Assembly: GCA_038231275.1 (NCBI GenBank)
Contig: JBBRLQ010000003.1
Location: forward strand, 448,001 to 512,000
Direction of reading: 5' to 3'
DNA from: Polyangiales bacterium
GTDB lineage: Bacteria > Myxococcota_A > Polyangia > Polyangiales > Polyangiaceae
DNA length: 64,000 nt
Below are positions 29,400 to 39,492 of the stretch, piece by piece. The stretch's first letter is position 1; every line of letters starts with the position of its first letter. Made by a program: the position numbers and the translations under genes. Under the pieces are notes generated by a model. The model was not told where the DNA came from. It saw nothing but the letters and a program-made list of their open reading frames with translations, and made no database searches.

Positions 29400-29789
29400 A
29401 TGAAAAAGAAGATCATCGCCGCCCTCATCGGCACGCTCCTCGCGGCAAGTCTGGCCGCGTGCGGTCAAGGACCGACGGGAACGGAGAGCGCGGAGCCATC
29501 GTCGAGCTCCGAGTCGGAGGCGCTCACATGCGGCCGCTGGGGGACGAACAACATCGGGGGCGGCTACGTCTCGTGCAATGCGTGTCTGCCGCAGCACCCG
29601 CCGTGCGCCGCGACGCAGTACGGCCCGCTCACCCCGGGGTACTGCTCGCCGGGGCACATCTACTGTTGGTTTCAAAAGAAGCACGCCGGGTACGTCGGCG
29701 TCGGCGCCAAGCTGTACTTCGTTCCGTCCGAAGGCTGGTGGGAGACGGAGGTCTGCAGCTACAACTGGAGCTACTGCCCGGCCAACTAG
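29400..29789 (+). CDS. Small lipoprotein with 8-Cys aromatic-rich domain
   Basis: MKKK..LAAC lipobox; Ser-rich linker ending SESEAL; Cys/Trp/Tyr-rich domain. Confidence 0.85.
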   Translation: MKKKIIAALIGTLLAASLAACGQGPTGTESAEPSSSSESEALTCGRWGTNNIGGGYVSCNACLPQHPPCAATQYGPLTPGYCSPGHIYCWFQKKHAGYVGVGAKLYFVPSEGWWETEVCSYNWSYCPAN

Positions 29790-29882
29790 GTGCTACCGAT
29801 GAACCCCCATCCCCATCAAGATCGCCAGCGGCCCGTGAGCGGGACTTTGCGGGGGCGCCGCGTCCATGCTCGCATGGGTCCG

Positions 29883-31385
29883 ATGATCGAAAGGCTCCAC
29901 CTCGCGCTGGTCTTCGCGGTGCTCGTGGTCCCGGGGCTCGCTGCCGGCTGCGGTATGCCGACCCTCACCGCAAAGGACGTCGACAAGCTCGTGCTGACGA
30001 CGACCGCGAAGAACAAGTGCCGCCTCGATCGCGACGTGTTCCTCGAAGCGACCATGAAGAACGGCGACAAGCGACGAACGGGCTCGGCGTCCGAGAGCAA
30101 AGGGATCAACCTCAGCAAGGGCGTTCGCTTCGAGGCCTCGGTGGGCAAGGTCAACATCGGAGGAAAAGAGGCCGAACGAGTCTGGTGGACGCCGCCTCTC
30201 GCGCAGAGCCAGCTCCTCGACAAGGAGACCGTCACCATCACGGCGATCATGACCGAAGAGGCGGGGAAGAAGGCCGAAGTGAGCTTCCCCGTCGAGTTTG
30301 GCCGCTCTTGCGAGGTGACCCTCGCGATGGGCGGCGCGGGAGGAGCGGGCGGAGCGTTCGGATATTCGGGCGGGCAGTATTGTCAGGGCTCGACCAACGG
30401 CAGCGCCGGCGCGAACGGCGGGGACGGCGGCTCGGGTGGCTCCGGCAAGGTCCAAGTCACCACGATCGTCAGCCCGAAGCACGGTGAGCTCGTCCTCCTC
30501 AAAGGCACGAACCACGTCGGGACGGAGGAGCTGATCGTTCGCCCGGACGCGCGCGTCACGATCGACGGCAACGGCGGCAACGGCGGCGACGGCGGGCAGG
30601 GCGGCGACGGCTGCAACGCGGGCGCCAACTGCGAGAGCATCCGCAACGCGGCCCCACAGGTCGGAGACGGCGCAGACGGCGGCTCCGGAGGCAACGGCGG
30701 AAACGGCGCGGATCTCGTCATCGAGATCGATCCCCAGCACCCCGATCTGAAAAAAATGCTCGCCGTGAGCGTGACGGGCGGAAACGGTGGGGCCGCGGGC
30801 GCGGCCGGGCAGGGCGGCGCGATCCAGGTTCAGTACTGCAAGGCCCACGGGCGCAATGGCGGCGCCGGTCGTCCTGGAAATCCGGGCAGGAACGGGACCG
30901 TCCGCATCGAGGGCGCGGGCGTGGACGCGACCGTGGCGACGACGCCCGCGGCGGTGACCACGCCCGAACGACCCGGCGCGAAACCAGCGGAGGGCGGTCG
31001 CGCGGGAAAACCTGCGGCCGCCGCGCCCGGCAAGGAGGCCTGGCGCGCCGCCGGCCTCGCGGGCGACTTCACGATCAAGGTCGAGAATCGGACGTCGAAG
31101 GACATCTGCTCGATCAGCATCGAGAGCGGCAAGCTCGGCAACATCGTGAGCGGCTCTCCTCTCGCGAAGGGCGCGACGCGTGAGCTCGTGCGGACGGGCT
31201 CGCCCAAACCTGCGCCCGCGGGGACGCGCGCGAATCAGTTCGCGGTCTCGGTCGTCGCGACCTCGTGCGATGGAGCCCTCACTGGCAGCGGCACCATGGT
31301 CGTGAAGGTGGCCGACAACACGTGGCTGCTCCACGAGGGCGCGACGCCCAAGAACACGACCGCCTCGCCGCTCCGCCTGAAGTAG
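29883..31385 (+). CDS. Gly-rich (GGxGGxG) repeat lipoprotein
   Basis: AAGC lipobox; several GGNGGDGG tracts separated by beta strands. Confidence 0.8.
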   Translation: MIERLHLALVFAVLVVPGLAAGCGMPTLTAKDVDKLVLTTTAKNKCRLDRDVFLEATMKNGDKRRTGSASESKGINLSKGVRFEASVGKVNIGGKEAERVWWTPPLAQSQLLDKETVTITAIMTEEAGKKAEVSFPVEFGRSCEVTLAMGGAGGAGGAFGYSGGQYCQGSTNGSAGANGGDGGSGGSGKVQVTTIVSPKHGELVLLKGTNHVGTEELIVRPDARVTIDGNGGNGGDGGQGGDGCNAGANCESIRNAAPQVGDGADGGSGGNGGNGADLVIEIDPQHPDLKKMLAVSVTGGNGGAAGAAGQGGAIQVQYCKAHGRNGGAGRPGNPGRNGTVRIEGAGVDATVATTPAAVTTPERPGAKPAEGGRAGKPAAAAPGKEAWRAAGLAGDFTIKVENRTSKDICSISIESGKLGNIVSGSPLAKGATRELVRTGSPKPAPAGTRANQFAVSVVATSCDGALTGSGTMVVKVADNTWLLHEGATPKNTTASPLRLK

Positions 31386-31405
31386 TCGCGGACGATGCGT
31401 TCACT

Positions 31406-31864
31406 TCACGTGCCGGCGCCCGCCCGCTCGAGGGCGGCGATGTCGAGCTTCTTCATCTTCATCATCGCCTGCATCGCGCCGCCTTTTCCCAACAAGGCGC
31501 CGAGGTTCTTGGGGACGATTTGCCAGGAGACGCCGAACTTGTCGACGAGCCAGCCGCACTGCACCTCTTTGCCCCCGTTCTCGGTGAGCTTGGTCCAGTA
31601 GCGGTCGATCTGCGCTTGGTTCTCGCACTCCACGAACAGCGAAATCCCCTGGCTGAAGGTGAAGCTCGGCCCACCGTTGAGGACGTAGAACGTCTTGCCG
31701 AAGAGCTCGAAGGTCATCGAAAAGACCGCCCCCTTCGGACCGGGGCCGTTCTCTCCGGCGCGCATGGTGGAGAGGATTTTTCCCTCCTCGAAGACGGACA
31801 GATAGTGGTTCACGGCCTCTTCGGCGTTGCCGTTGAAGGTCAAAAACGGAGTGATTTGCGGCAT
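31406..31864 (-). CDS. VOC/PhnB-like (3-dmu-9_3-mt family) protein
   Basis: ITPFLTF..NAEEA, LNGGP, CGWLVDKFGVSWQI, AMMKMKKLDI. Confidence 0.95.
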   Translation of the reverse strand: MPQITPFLTFNGNAEEAVNHYLSVFEEGKILSTMRAGENGPGPKGAVFSMTFELFGKTFYVLNGGPSFTFSQGISLFVECENQAQIDRYWTKLTENGGKEVQCGWLVDKFGVSWQIVPKNLGALLGKGGAMQAMMKMKKLDIAALERAGAGT

Positions 31865-31963
31865 GGGAAGCTCCACGGTGGGTTCGGTTGGCCTTAGCTG
31901 ACCGCCGGCGAGGCCCGGCGTCACGTGAATGTCGGAGCCGTCCCACCGATTTCGACATGCCCT

Positions 31964-33178
31964 CTAAAGAACATTTCCCGCAGCGGCCATGATCGCGCCG
32001 ATGTTCTTGGGCGCCATGAACTCCGCGGGTGAGATCGTCCCGGCGTTCATTTGCACGAACGCGTCCATGGCGCTCTGGTTGCCGTGGACAGCGCCGAGCA
32101 GCTGCTGCATCTCCGGCGGCGGCGGCTTCAGCGTTGCCAGCTGGCAGGTGAATTCGTACATCGGCATGACATGCTCGTCGCGCGCGCGCTGGTAATCGCT
32201 CATCGCCTCTTCGAACGAGCGAGCTCCGGTGAAGGTCTCGTCCAGGGCGACGGCACATCGCTCGGCGTCGCGGAACGCGTCGTTGATCCCCTGCGCGGTG
32301 ATCGGGTCCTTGGTGTAGCCAGCATCCCCCACGAGCGCCCATCCGGGACCGTACGGCTTGCGGAAGAAGTTCGGCACTGCCGCGCCGGCGAACTTTGCTT
32401 CGCGTTTGGCACCGCGTAGCCGTTCGGCGAACCCCGGCACGAGCTCGAGCATCTTCAGGAAGTTTCCCTCGACGTCCTTCTTGTTCGCTTCGAACTCCGC
32501 GTACGGCCATCCGCCGACGATGAGCGTCAGACCGTCATGGGTCGGCGCTGCTGCGAATCCGCGCCTTTCTCGGATGTAGGTCTCGAACCGTCCGTCCATC
32601 GGAAGACCGCTCCAATACGCGTAGTACGCGGCGAGCAGCGGCGGCTTCTCGTTGTACTGCGGAGGGCGGACGGCCTCGGCGACGAGGGAGCGCAGGCCGT
32701 CGGTGCCGATGACGACTTTGGCGCGTTCGGTGACGGTGCCGCCGCTCTTCGTGTGGCCCTTGATCCCCACGACGCGCCCTTCTTCCGTCAAGACCTCTTC
32801 GACCGTGAAGCCTTCACGAATCTCGGCCCCGGCGTCCGCCGCAGCGTCGACGAGCAGCTTGTCGAGGATGGTCCGCCGCGCGCAGTAGGCCACGGGAGCA
32901 TCCTTCGTACCCGGCGATCCGCGGAGGGTGAATGGACCGAAATCGAAGGTGTACGTATCGATCGGTGGGCAGCCGGTCGCGACGAGACGGTCGAGGAGTC
33001 CCCATCTCGAGAGCGCGGCGACGGCGAGCGGCTGCACGACGTGCGTAGACACCGTGTCACTCGGGAAGGTCGCGCGGTCGACCACCAAGACTCGGTAGCC
33101 CTTGCGTGCCAGCAGCATCGCGGTCGGTGAACCGGCGCAGCGCGCTCCTACGATGATTGCGTCGTATGATTTGCTCAT
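31964..33178 (-). CDS. FAD-dependent oxidoreductase (GGR/aromatic hydroxylase-like fold)
   Basis: IVGARCAG, GTDG, LVGDAG..KDPITAQGI; ATGA overlap with the upstream gene. Confidence 0.93.
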   Translation of the reverse strand: MSKSYDAIIVGARCAGSPTAMLLARKGYRVLVVDRATFPSDTVSTHVVQPLAVAALSRWGLLDRLVATGCPPIDTYTFDFGPFTLRGSPGTKDAPVAYCARRTILDKLLVDAAADAGAEIREGFTVEEVLTEEGRVVGIKGHTKSGGTVTERAKVVIGTDGLRSLVAEAVRPPQYNEKPPLLAAYYAYWSGLPMDGRFETYIRERRGFAAAPTHDGLTLIVGGWPYAEFEANKKDVEGNFLKMLELVPGFAERLRGAKREAKFAGAAVPNFFRKPYGPGWALVGDAGYTKDPITAQGINDAFRDAERCAVALDETFTGARSFEEAMSDYQRARDEHVMPMYEFTCQLATLKPPPPEMQQLLGAVHGNQSAMDAFVQMNAGTISPAEFMAPKNIGAIMAAAGNVL

Positions 33179-34659
33179 TTTGGTCCCCGCTCCTCCGCGA
33201 TTCGTTGGCCGATGTCTTCGACGGCGTCGAGCAACGCGTCGACGTCCTGCTGCTCCGTTCGGAAGTTGATGATGCACGCCCGGAGCGCGAACCGGCCGCG
33301 CAGAACGGAGCTGGAGCAAAACGCACGACCATCGAGCTGCAGCTCCGTTTCAATTCGCTCGTTGAGCGCGTCGAGCGCGGCATCGTGGCCACGCAGCGCG
33401 GGCGGAACGTATCGAAAGCACGCGATCGACAGGTCCCCTTTGCTCATTCGTTCCATGTCCTTTCGCTTTTCGACCTGCGCTTCGAGGTAGCGAGCGAGCT
33501 GGACGTTGCGAGCGATGCTCTCTGCGTAGGGCCGGCGCCCGTGCGCCAGGAGGGAGAAGAACACCTTGAACGCGTTGAACCCGCGCGAGAACTCCGGACC
33601 ATAGAGGCCAAGGTCGACGCCGTCGCCGGTGCGCTCCTTGTCTTGGCGAACGTACGAAGGAAGCGGGAACCCGAACGCCTCCTGCAGCTTCTGGGGATCA
33701 CGCACCACCACGCAGCCACCGGTGAGGGGCGTGGAGAGCCACTTGTGCGGGTCGAACGCGATCGAGTCGGCGCGATCCATCCCGCGAAAAAGCGGTCTCA
33801 GAGAATCGGCAAGGCAGCCGAGCGCGCCGTACGCGCCGTCGACGTGGAGCCACGCACCGTAGCGCGCAGCGAGGTCTGCGATGCCGTCGAGCGGATCGAT
33901 CGCGCCGGTGCCAACGGTGCCGGCGGTCGCGACGATCGCTGCCGGTTTCACGCCTGCTGCGGCATCTTGCGCGAGGGCGCGCTCGAGAGCGTCGACGCGC
34001 ATCTGGTAGCGGTCGTCCACGGGGATCTTCCGAACGGCGTTGCTGCCCATGCCGAGCATGTCGGCCGCGCGGTCAATCACGATGTGAGCTTCTTCGGACG
34101 CGTAGATCGCCATGGGAGCCGCGGCGGCGATTCCGTTTTGCCGTACGGATCGACCCGCACACGCGTCGCGCGCCGCCTTGAGCGCGACGAAGCTCGCCAT
34201 CGCTCCTCCCGAGGTCAGTAGTCCGAAAGCGCCCTTCGGTAGTCCGAAGACCTCGCTGGCGAACCAGCGCGTGAGGTGCGTCTCGATCGTGATCGCACCG
34301 GCTCCCAAACGAAAGGACGCGGCGTTCGCGTTGAGCCCGGCTGCGAGCAGGTCGGCGACCGCCCCGGGGACCGTCCCGGCGCCGCAGACGTAACCCATGA
34401 ACCGGGGATGACCACTGTAGGTCGCGGAGTCGAAGAGCACCGTGCGAGCGTGGGCGAGGAGCTCTTCGCACGAGAGCGGCTCTTCCGGAATGGGCGGTGC
34501 AATCGCCTGCAATGCCTCCGGTGCCCAACGGGCCGAGACCGGTCGATCGGGCAGGGTGCGAAGGAGCTCGCACCACACGTCGAGCGCACCTTCGCCCAGA
34601 GCGCGGGCTCGATCGGGGGACCAATCGAGCTCGCGCGCGAAGCGTCCATGTTCTTTCAT
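33175..34659 (-). CDS. Group II PLP-dependent amino-acid decarboxylase
   Basis: HPRFMGY, TSGG, ATAGT..GAIDP, HVDGAYG, DPHKW (PLP lysine). Confidence 0.95.
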   Translation of the reverse strand: MKEHGRFARELDWSPDRARALGEGALDVWCELLRTLPDRPVSARWAPEALQAIAPPIPEEPLSCEELLAHARTVLFDSATYSGHPRFMGYVCGAGTVPGAVADLLAAGLNANAASFRLGAGAITIETHLTRWFASEVFGLPKGAFGLLTSGGAMASFVALKAARDACAGRSVRQNGIAAAAPMAIYASEEAHIVIDRAADMLGMGSNAVRKIPVDDRYQMRVDALERALAQDAAAGVKPAAIVATAGTVGTGAIDPLDGIADLAARYGAWLHVDGAYGALGCLADSLRPLFRGMDRADSIAFDPHKWLSTPLTGGCVVVRDPQKLQEAFGFPLPSYVRQDKERTGDGVDLGLYGPEFSRGFNAFKVFFSLLAHGRRPYAESIARNVQLARYLEAQVEKRKDMERMSKGDLSIACFRYVPPALRGHDAALDALNERIETELQLDGRAFCSSSVLRGRFALRACIINFRTEQQDVDALLDAVEDIGQRIAEERGPK

Positions 34660-34667
34660 CGTCTTCT

Positions 34668-35570
34668 TCAGGCCGGCTTGCGACGCCCGGCGACCAGCGC
34701 GAGAAACGCGCCGGGAGGGCCGGGCAACGTCCGCACGTCGACCAGGCCGACGTCGCGCAGCGCGGCTTCGACGGGGCCGGGAGCGACCTGACTATTGCCG
34801 TACAAGGTCGTGCGCAGCTGCCAGAGCGCGGCACTCTGCGGGTCGAGATTGGGGTTGACGGCGCTGATCAGCATCCAGCCCCCCGGGCGAAGCGCGCGAT
34901 GGGCACGCTCGTAGGCCGTTCGGACGATAGGCTCCGGCATGAACGGAATCGGAACCCAGGCCAGGTCGAACGCCGCAACGTCCTCGAGGCTCTCGGCACC
35001 TTGCTCGCGCAGCTCGATCCGGTCGCCGAGGCCGGCCTTTTCGACGTTCTTACGCGCAAGCGCGAGCGACGGTTGCCACGGATCGATGCCGACGACGCGC
35101 AGATCGGGCCATGTCCTCGCGATGGCGATCGAGAGCGCCGCGACGCCCACGCCAATGTCGAGGAAAGCGCCGCCGGGCGCGCCCAGCCGATCCGACAATC
35201 CTTCGAGGCTCGGCACGACCATGCGCGCGAGCGGCTGTGCGAATCCGACGGAGACATCGCCGGCGGTCTGGAGAAGTTCGGGCTCTACGTGGCCCCAGCC
35301 CGCTTTGCGCGTCTTCTCGAAGAGGAGCTTGGCCTCGAGGGCGAGCGAGAGGCGGATCTCCGCGAGGAAGGGGCTCACCTCTTGGGTGCTGACGTTGTCC
35401 AGCACATCCCCCGCTCCGAGGGCACCGAGCAAGCCCTGGACGCGCGCGGCGAGGGCGGGCTCCAGGGGAGTGCCGCTCGCGTGTGCATCGAGCGCGGCGC
35501 CGAGCGCGGTGAGTCCCGCGGCGGATGCGTTGTGGCGGTTGATGAACTCGCGAAGGGCTTGAATGCTCAT
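34668..35570 (-). CDS. Class I SAM-dependent methyltransferase
   Basis: FLDIGVGVA, GID, LRPGGW motifs; GAGA RBS. Confidence 0.93.
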   Translation of the reverse strand: MSIQALREFINRHNASAAGLTALGAALDAHASGTPLEPALAARVQGLLGALGAGDVLDNVSTQEVSPFLAEIRLSLALEAKLLFEKTRKAGWGHVEPELLQTAGDVSVGFAQPLARMVVPSLEGLSDRLGAPGGAFLDIGVGVAALSIAIARTWPDLRVVGIDPWQPSLALARKNVEKAGLGDRIELREQGAESLEDVAAFDLAWVPIPFMPEPIVRTAYERAHRALRPGGWMLISAVNPNLDPQSAALWQLRTTLYGNSQVAPGPVEAALRDVGLVDVRTLPGPPGAFLALVAGRRKPA

Positions 35571-35637
35571 CTCGTTCTCCCGTGTGCTCTGGGTCCAGTT
35601 TCTTCCACGCGCCGAGAAGGTCTCTGCGCGCGCTTCG

Positions 35638-35910
35638 TCACTCTGCCGTCGTCGGGTCGATGATCGCGCGGACGGCGTTGATGCGGTTTGCCGGGAAGCC
35701 GCCCTGCTTGGCGTGCTCGAGGATGTCCTTTTCGCTTTCCGCAACGTAGACGCAGTAGATCTTGTCGTCGGTCACGTAGCTGTGCTGCCACTGGATACGC
35801 GGTCCCATCACGCGCAACACGTCGCAGGACTTCTGTGAAACGCCTTTCAGATCGGCCGGCGACAGCTTGCCTGCTCCCGGAAGGTCCCTCTCGATGACGA
35901 ATCTCGGCAT
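35638..35910 (-). CDS. DUF4242 (SCO4226-like) protein
   Basis: MPRFVIER...IQWQHSYV.DDKIYCVY.A....I.EHA..GGFPANRI. Confidence 0.9.
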   Translation of the reverse strand: MPRFVIERDLPGAGKLSPADLKGVSQKSCDVLRVMGPRIQWQHSYVTDDKIYCVYVAESEKDILEHAKQGGFPANRINAVRAIIDPTTAE

Positions 35911-35998
35911 GGCATCTCTCCTTGGAAGGTGGGGTCGGGTGCCAGCCCTCCGCGGAAGCGCCGCGGGGACCTTTCCCATATCCGAGGCGTGAATTCGG

Positions 35999-38900
35999 AT
36001 GTCACAATGTGCCGTGGCCGGACGAGATCGAAAATCCGAGGCCCCATCGCCGAACATTCGGTCTGCGCGCAAGGTATGGCTAGGCCGCGAGCGCGAACTC
36101 GCCGAGCTCGAGGCGGGATTCGACGATTTGGTTGCGGCCGGGCGTGGGGGCCTCTTCCTCATCACAGGTGAGCCGGGCATCGGCAAAACGCGCCTGGCGG
36201 ACGAGTTCGGTCGATCGGCCACCGCTCGCGGCCTGGCCGTTCATTGGGGTCGCGCGTGGGAGGTAGGTGGCGCCCCCTCCTACTGGCCATTCATTCAGGT
36301 CTTGCGGAGCATTTGCCGCGGCCTCGATGGGGTGGGCCTTCGTGGATTGGTCGGGAACCATGCTTCGGAGCTGGCCGAGCTGTTGCCTGAGCTCCGTCAC
36401 CAGATCCCGCCCCCCGCGAGCACGAGCGCCCAGCGCACCGCGAAGGATCGCTTTCAGCTGTTCGAGGCCGTCAACACGTTCCTCCATGCGGCCGCGGCGA
36501 CGACTCCGCAGGTGGTCGTGTTCGATGATCTGCATGCCGCCGACCCGTCGTCTCTTCTGCTCCTGCATTTTCTCGTGCGCGATTTGCGCTCTCGACCGCT
36601 CCTCGTCATCGGCACCTACCGCGAGGCCGAGGCGCGGCTCGCGCAAGAGATCGGTCAAACGCTGGCCCACATCGCGCGCGAGGCGTGCGTGCTTCCGCTC
36701 CGCCGCCTGGATCGAGAGGAGGTGGCCGACTTCGTCGTGCAGGCGACCGGAGAGGCCTTCAGCTCGGATCGTATCGAGGCGATCCATCAGCGCTCCGAAG
36801 GGAACCCGCTCTTCTTGCGCGAGCTGCTTCAACTGATGAACCTTCCGCGCCAAGACGCGGGCGCACGTCAACCCGAAGGCATCCGCGAGGTGGTGCGCGC
36901 GCGGCTCTCGCTGCTCACCCCGACGGTGCGAAAGGTGCTCGAGGTCGCCTCGGTGCTCGGGCGCGAGTTCAGGTTGGACGCGCTCGCCGCCATGACGAAG
37001 ATGACCGAGCTGCTCGACCTCGATGGGCTCCTCGCGCCCGCCGTGGATGCCGGCATCGTCGAGCCCCTCGACCAGGATCCGCCGACGTGGCGCTTCACCC
37101 ACGTTCTGCTCCGTGAAGGGCTCTACGAAGATCTCGCGATGGATCAACGCGCCGCGCTTCACCATGGCGCCGCGTTGGAGCTCCGACGACGAAGCAACGA
37201 GCGCGGCAGCAGCGGTGAGCCACTCCTCAGCGAGCTCGCACATCACCTTCTGCGCGCGATGCCGCTCGTCCCGCGCGGGGAAGCCGCCGACGCCGCGCTG
37301 CGTGCCGCCGAGCGCGCGATCGCTCTCTTGGCCTTCGAGGATGCGAGCAAGCTGCTCGCGCCCACGAGCCGGCTGCTCGACGATGTGGAGGCGGAGGAGG
37401 TTCGGCTCTGCGAAGTGCTGCTCCTGCTGGGAGTCGCACGCATCCGCGCTGGAGACGTGAAGTTGGGCAAGGAGACGTGTCGGCGAGCCGCCGAGCTTGC
37501 CCGTCGAGTGGGCGACGGCGAGCTCTTCGCGCGTGCGGTGCTCGGCTCCGCATGCGAGTTCACGCCGGATGTTCGCGATCTCGCGCTCATCGCGTTGCTC
37601 GAGGAAGCGCTCGTTCAGCTGCCTGTAGGCGACGGCGCGCTGCGGGCGCGCTGCATGGCCCAGCTCGCCGCGGAGCGCCAACCGATGCCCGACACGCGCG
37701 AGCCCGTAGAGCTCGCGCGCGCTGCCGTGGCGATGGCCCGTCGTCTCGCCGATGTCGACACACTCCGCTTCGTGCTCGCCCACGCGGGCTTGGCGATGCT
37801 CCCTTTCGGCGCGCCCGCCGAGCGGCTGGTGATCGACCAGGAGTGCCTCCGTCTCGCGCTCGCTGCCGGTGACAAGGTCGTCGCCATCCGGGCTCACCTC
37901 CTGCTTCAGGGCGATTGTTGGCAGCTCGGTGATCCTGCCGGAGCCGACGCCCATGCTCGTTCCTACAAGGCGCTGCTCCCGCTCCGTCACGGCGCCTTTT
38001 CGTGGATGCTGAGCGTGCTCGAGGCCATGGCGGCTCTCTCGGAGGGGCGCTTCGACGACGCGGAGCGGCGCTACCGGGAGGCCGACGAAACCGCTCACAA
38101 CGACGAGAGCAAGGCCATCGAGATGGCGGCTTTCCCGGTCGGCTTCTGCCGAGCCACGGAGAGGTACGAGGATCTGCCGGCGATCGAGGCGCGTTTGCGC
38201 GGCGCGCTCGGCTCGGTCGGCGAAGAGCTCTGGAGCTGCGTCGGCGAGATGTTGATCGCACAGCTCTACGCGCGTGCAGGGGATCGGTCGCGTGCGTCGG
38301 CGCAACTCGCCACCGTGCAAGCACACCCAATTTTCGCAGCGATCAAGGAGGGCACCTGGCTCGTCTTGCTGGTCGATGCCTGTCACTTGCTCGGCGACGT
38401 GACACTCGCAGAAGCGCTCTATCCGGCGCTCTTGCCTCGTGCGTCCGAGTTCTACTTTCTGGGACCGGTCGGCGGATACGTCGAACCGCCCTTCAGCCGC
38501 CAGCTCGGACTCCTCGCGGAGACACTCGGTCGTCTCGACGTTGCCGTCGACCACCTCACCGACGCGGAGGTGAGGACCGCCCAAGCCAACATGCGCGCCC
38601 ATCTCTCACGCGTGCGCTACGAGCTCGCCGGAGCGCTTCTTCTCCGCAACGAGCCCGGCGATCGCGAGCGCGCCATCGCGCTCCTCGACCAAGCTCGAAC
38701 ACTTGCCGAGGAGCTCGGTCAGGTCGGTCTCTTGCCGCGGCTCGGTGAGCGGCGCGCCATCGTGGCGGCTCTCACGCCATCGGAACCCGACCACGGGCAG
38801 CAGCGCCTGACGCGCCCGCGCGTCGAAGCGAGTAACGACACTGCGAACGCAGCGGATCGAGAGACGCGCCTGGCGATGCGCCGCGAAGGCGATACCTGGT

Positions 38901-39412
38901 CGCTCGTGTGGCACGGGCACACGCTGCGCTTGCGCGACACCGTTGGCTTGCAGGTGCTCGACCAGCTCGTGTCGAGCCCCGGTCAGGAGTTCCACGTGCT
39001 CCAGCTCGTCTCCCCAGGAGGCGAGGCCGGTGAGGTCACTGACCGCGGCGATGCGGGGACCGTGCTCGATGCCGAGGCCGTGCAGAGCTACCGGCGCCGG
39101 CTCCTCGACCTTCGCGAAGAGCTCGACGAAGCGGAGGGGTTCGCCGACGTAGGCCGCGCCGATCGTGCCAAGAACGAGATCGATTTCTTGACCCAGCAGC
39201 TGGCGAGCGCCGTCGGCCTCGGCGGACGCGATCGCCGAGTTGGCGCCGCAGCCGAGAGGGCCCGGACGACGGTGCAGAAACGGCTGCGCAACGCCATTCG
39301 CCGCATCGACGATGATCTCCCGGAGCTCGCGACGCACCTCGATCAAGCCATTCGCACCGGCACGTTCTGCGGCTATCTGCCCGATGGGCGCCCTCGCGCG
39401 CGCCGGCTCTGA
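35999..39412 (+). CDS. Large AAA ATPase regulator (MalT/LAL-like NTPase plus helical repeats)
   Basis: GRERELAEL, GEPGIGKT (Walker A), VFDDLH (Walker B), GNPLF; C-terminal ERAR..V.KR.R..I..I motif; start uncertain. Confidence 0.9.
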   Translation: MSQCAVAGRDRKSEAPSPNIRSARKVWLGRERELAELEAGFDDLVAAGRGGLFLITGEPGIGKTRLADEFGRSATARGLAVHWGRAWEVGGAPSYWPFIQVLRSICRGLDGVGLRGLVGNHASELAELLPELRHQIPPPASTSAQRTAKDRFQLFEAVNTFLHAAAATTPQVVVFDDLHAADPSSLLLLHFLVRDLRSRPLLVIGTYREAEARLAQEIGQTLAHIAREACVLPLRRLDREEVADFVVQATGEAFSSDRIEAIHQRSEGNPLFLRELLQLMNLPRQDAGARQPEGIREVVRARLSLLTPTVRKVLEVASVLGREFRLDALAAMTKMTELLDLDGLLAPAVDAGIVEPLDQDPPTWRFTHVLLREGLYEDLAMDQRAALHHGAALELRRRSNERGSSGEPLLSELAHHLLRAMPLVPRGEAADAALRAAERAIALLAFEDASKLLAPTSRLLDDVEAEEVRLCEVLLLLGVARIRAGDVKLGKETCRRAAELARRVGDGELFARAVLGSACEFTPDVRDLALIALLEEALVQLPVGDGALRARCMAQLAAERQPMPDTREPVELARAAVAMARRLADVDTLRFVLAHAGLAMLPFGAPAERLVIDQECLRLALAAGDKVVAIRAHLLLQGDCWQLGDPAGADAHARSYKALLPLRHGAFSWMLSVLEAMAALSEGRFDDAERRYREADETAHNDESKAIEMAAFPVGFCRATERYEDLPAIEARLRGALGSVGEELWSCVGEMLIAQLYARAGDRSRASAQLATVQAHPIFAAIKEGTWLVLLVDACHLLGDVTLAEALYPALLPRASEFYFLGPVGGYVEPPFSRQLGLLAETLGRLDVAVDHLTDAEVRTAQANMRAHLSRVRYELAGALLLRNEPGDRERAIALLDQARTLAEELGQVGLLPRLGERRAIVAALTPSEPDHGQQRLTRPRVEASNDTANAADRETRLAMRREGDTWSLVWHGHTLRLRDTVGLQVLDQLVSSPGQEFHVLQLVSPGGEAGEVTDRGDAGTVLDAEAVQSYRRRLLDLREELDEAEGFADVGRADRAKNEIDFLTQQLASAVGLGGRDRRVGAAAERARTTVQKRLRNAIRRIDDDLPELATHLDQAIRTGTFCGYLPDGRPRARRL

Positions 39413-39417
39413 GACGC

Positions 39418-39479
39418 GGGTATTGCTCGCCGGTGCACATCTACTGGAGGTCTGCAGCTGCAACTGGAGCTACTGCCCG
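39418..39479 (+). pseudogene. Internally deleted copy of the 3' part of gene 29400-29789
   Basis: gggta(c/t)tgctcgccgg(g/t)gcacatctactg joined directly to gaggtctgcagct(a/g)caactggagctactgcccg; about 80 bp between them is missing. Confidence 0.9.
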
Positions 39480-39492
39480 ACAAAACGAGTCG

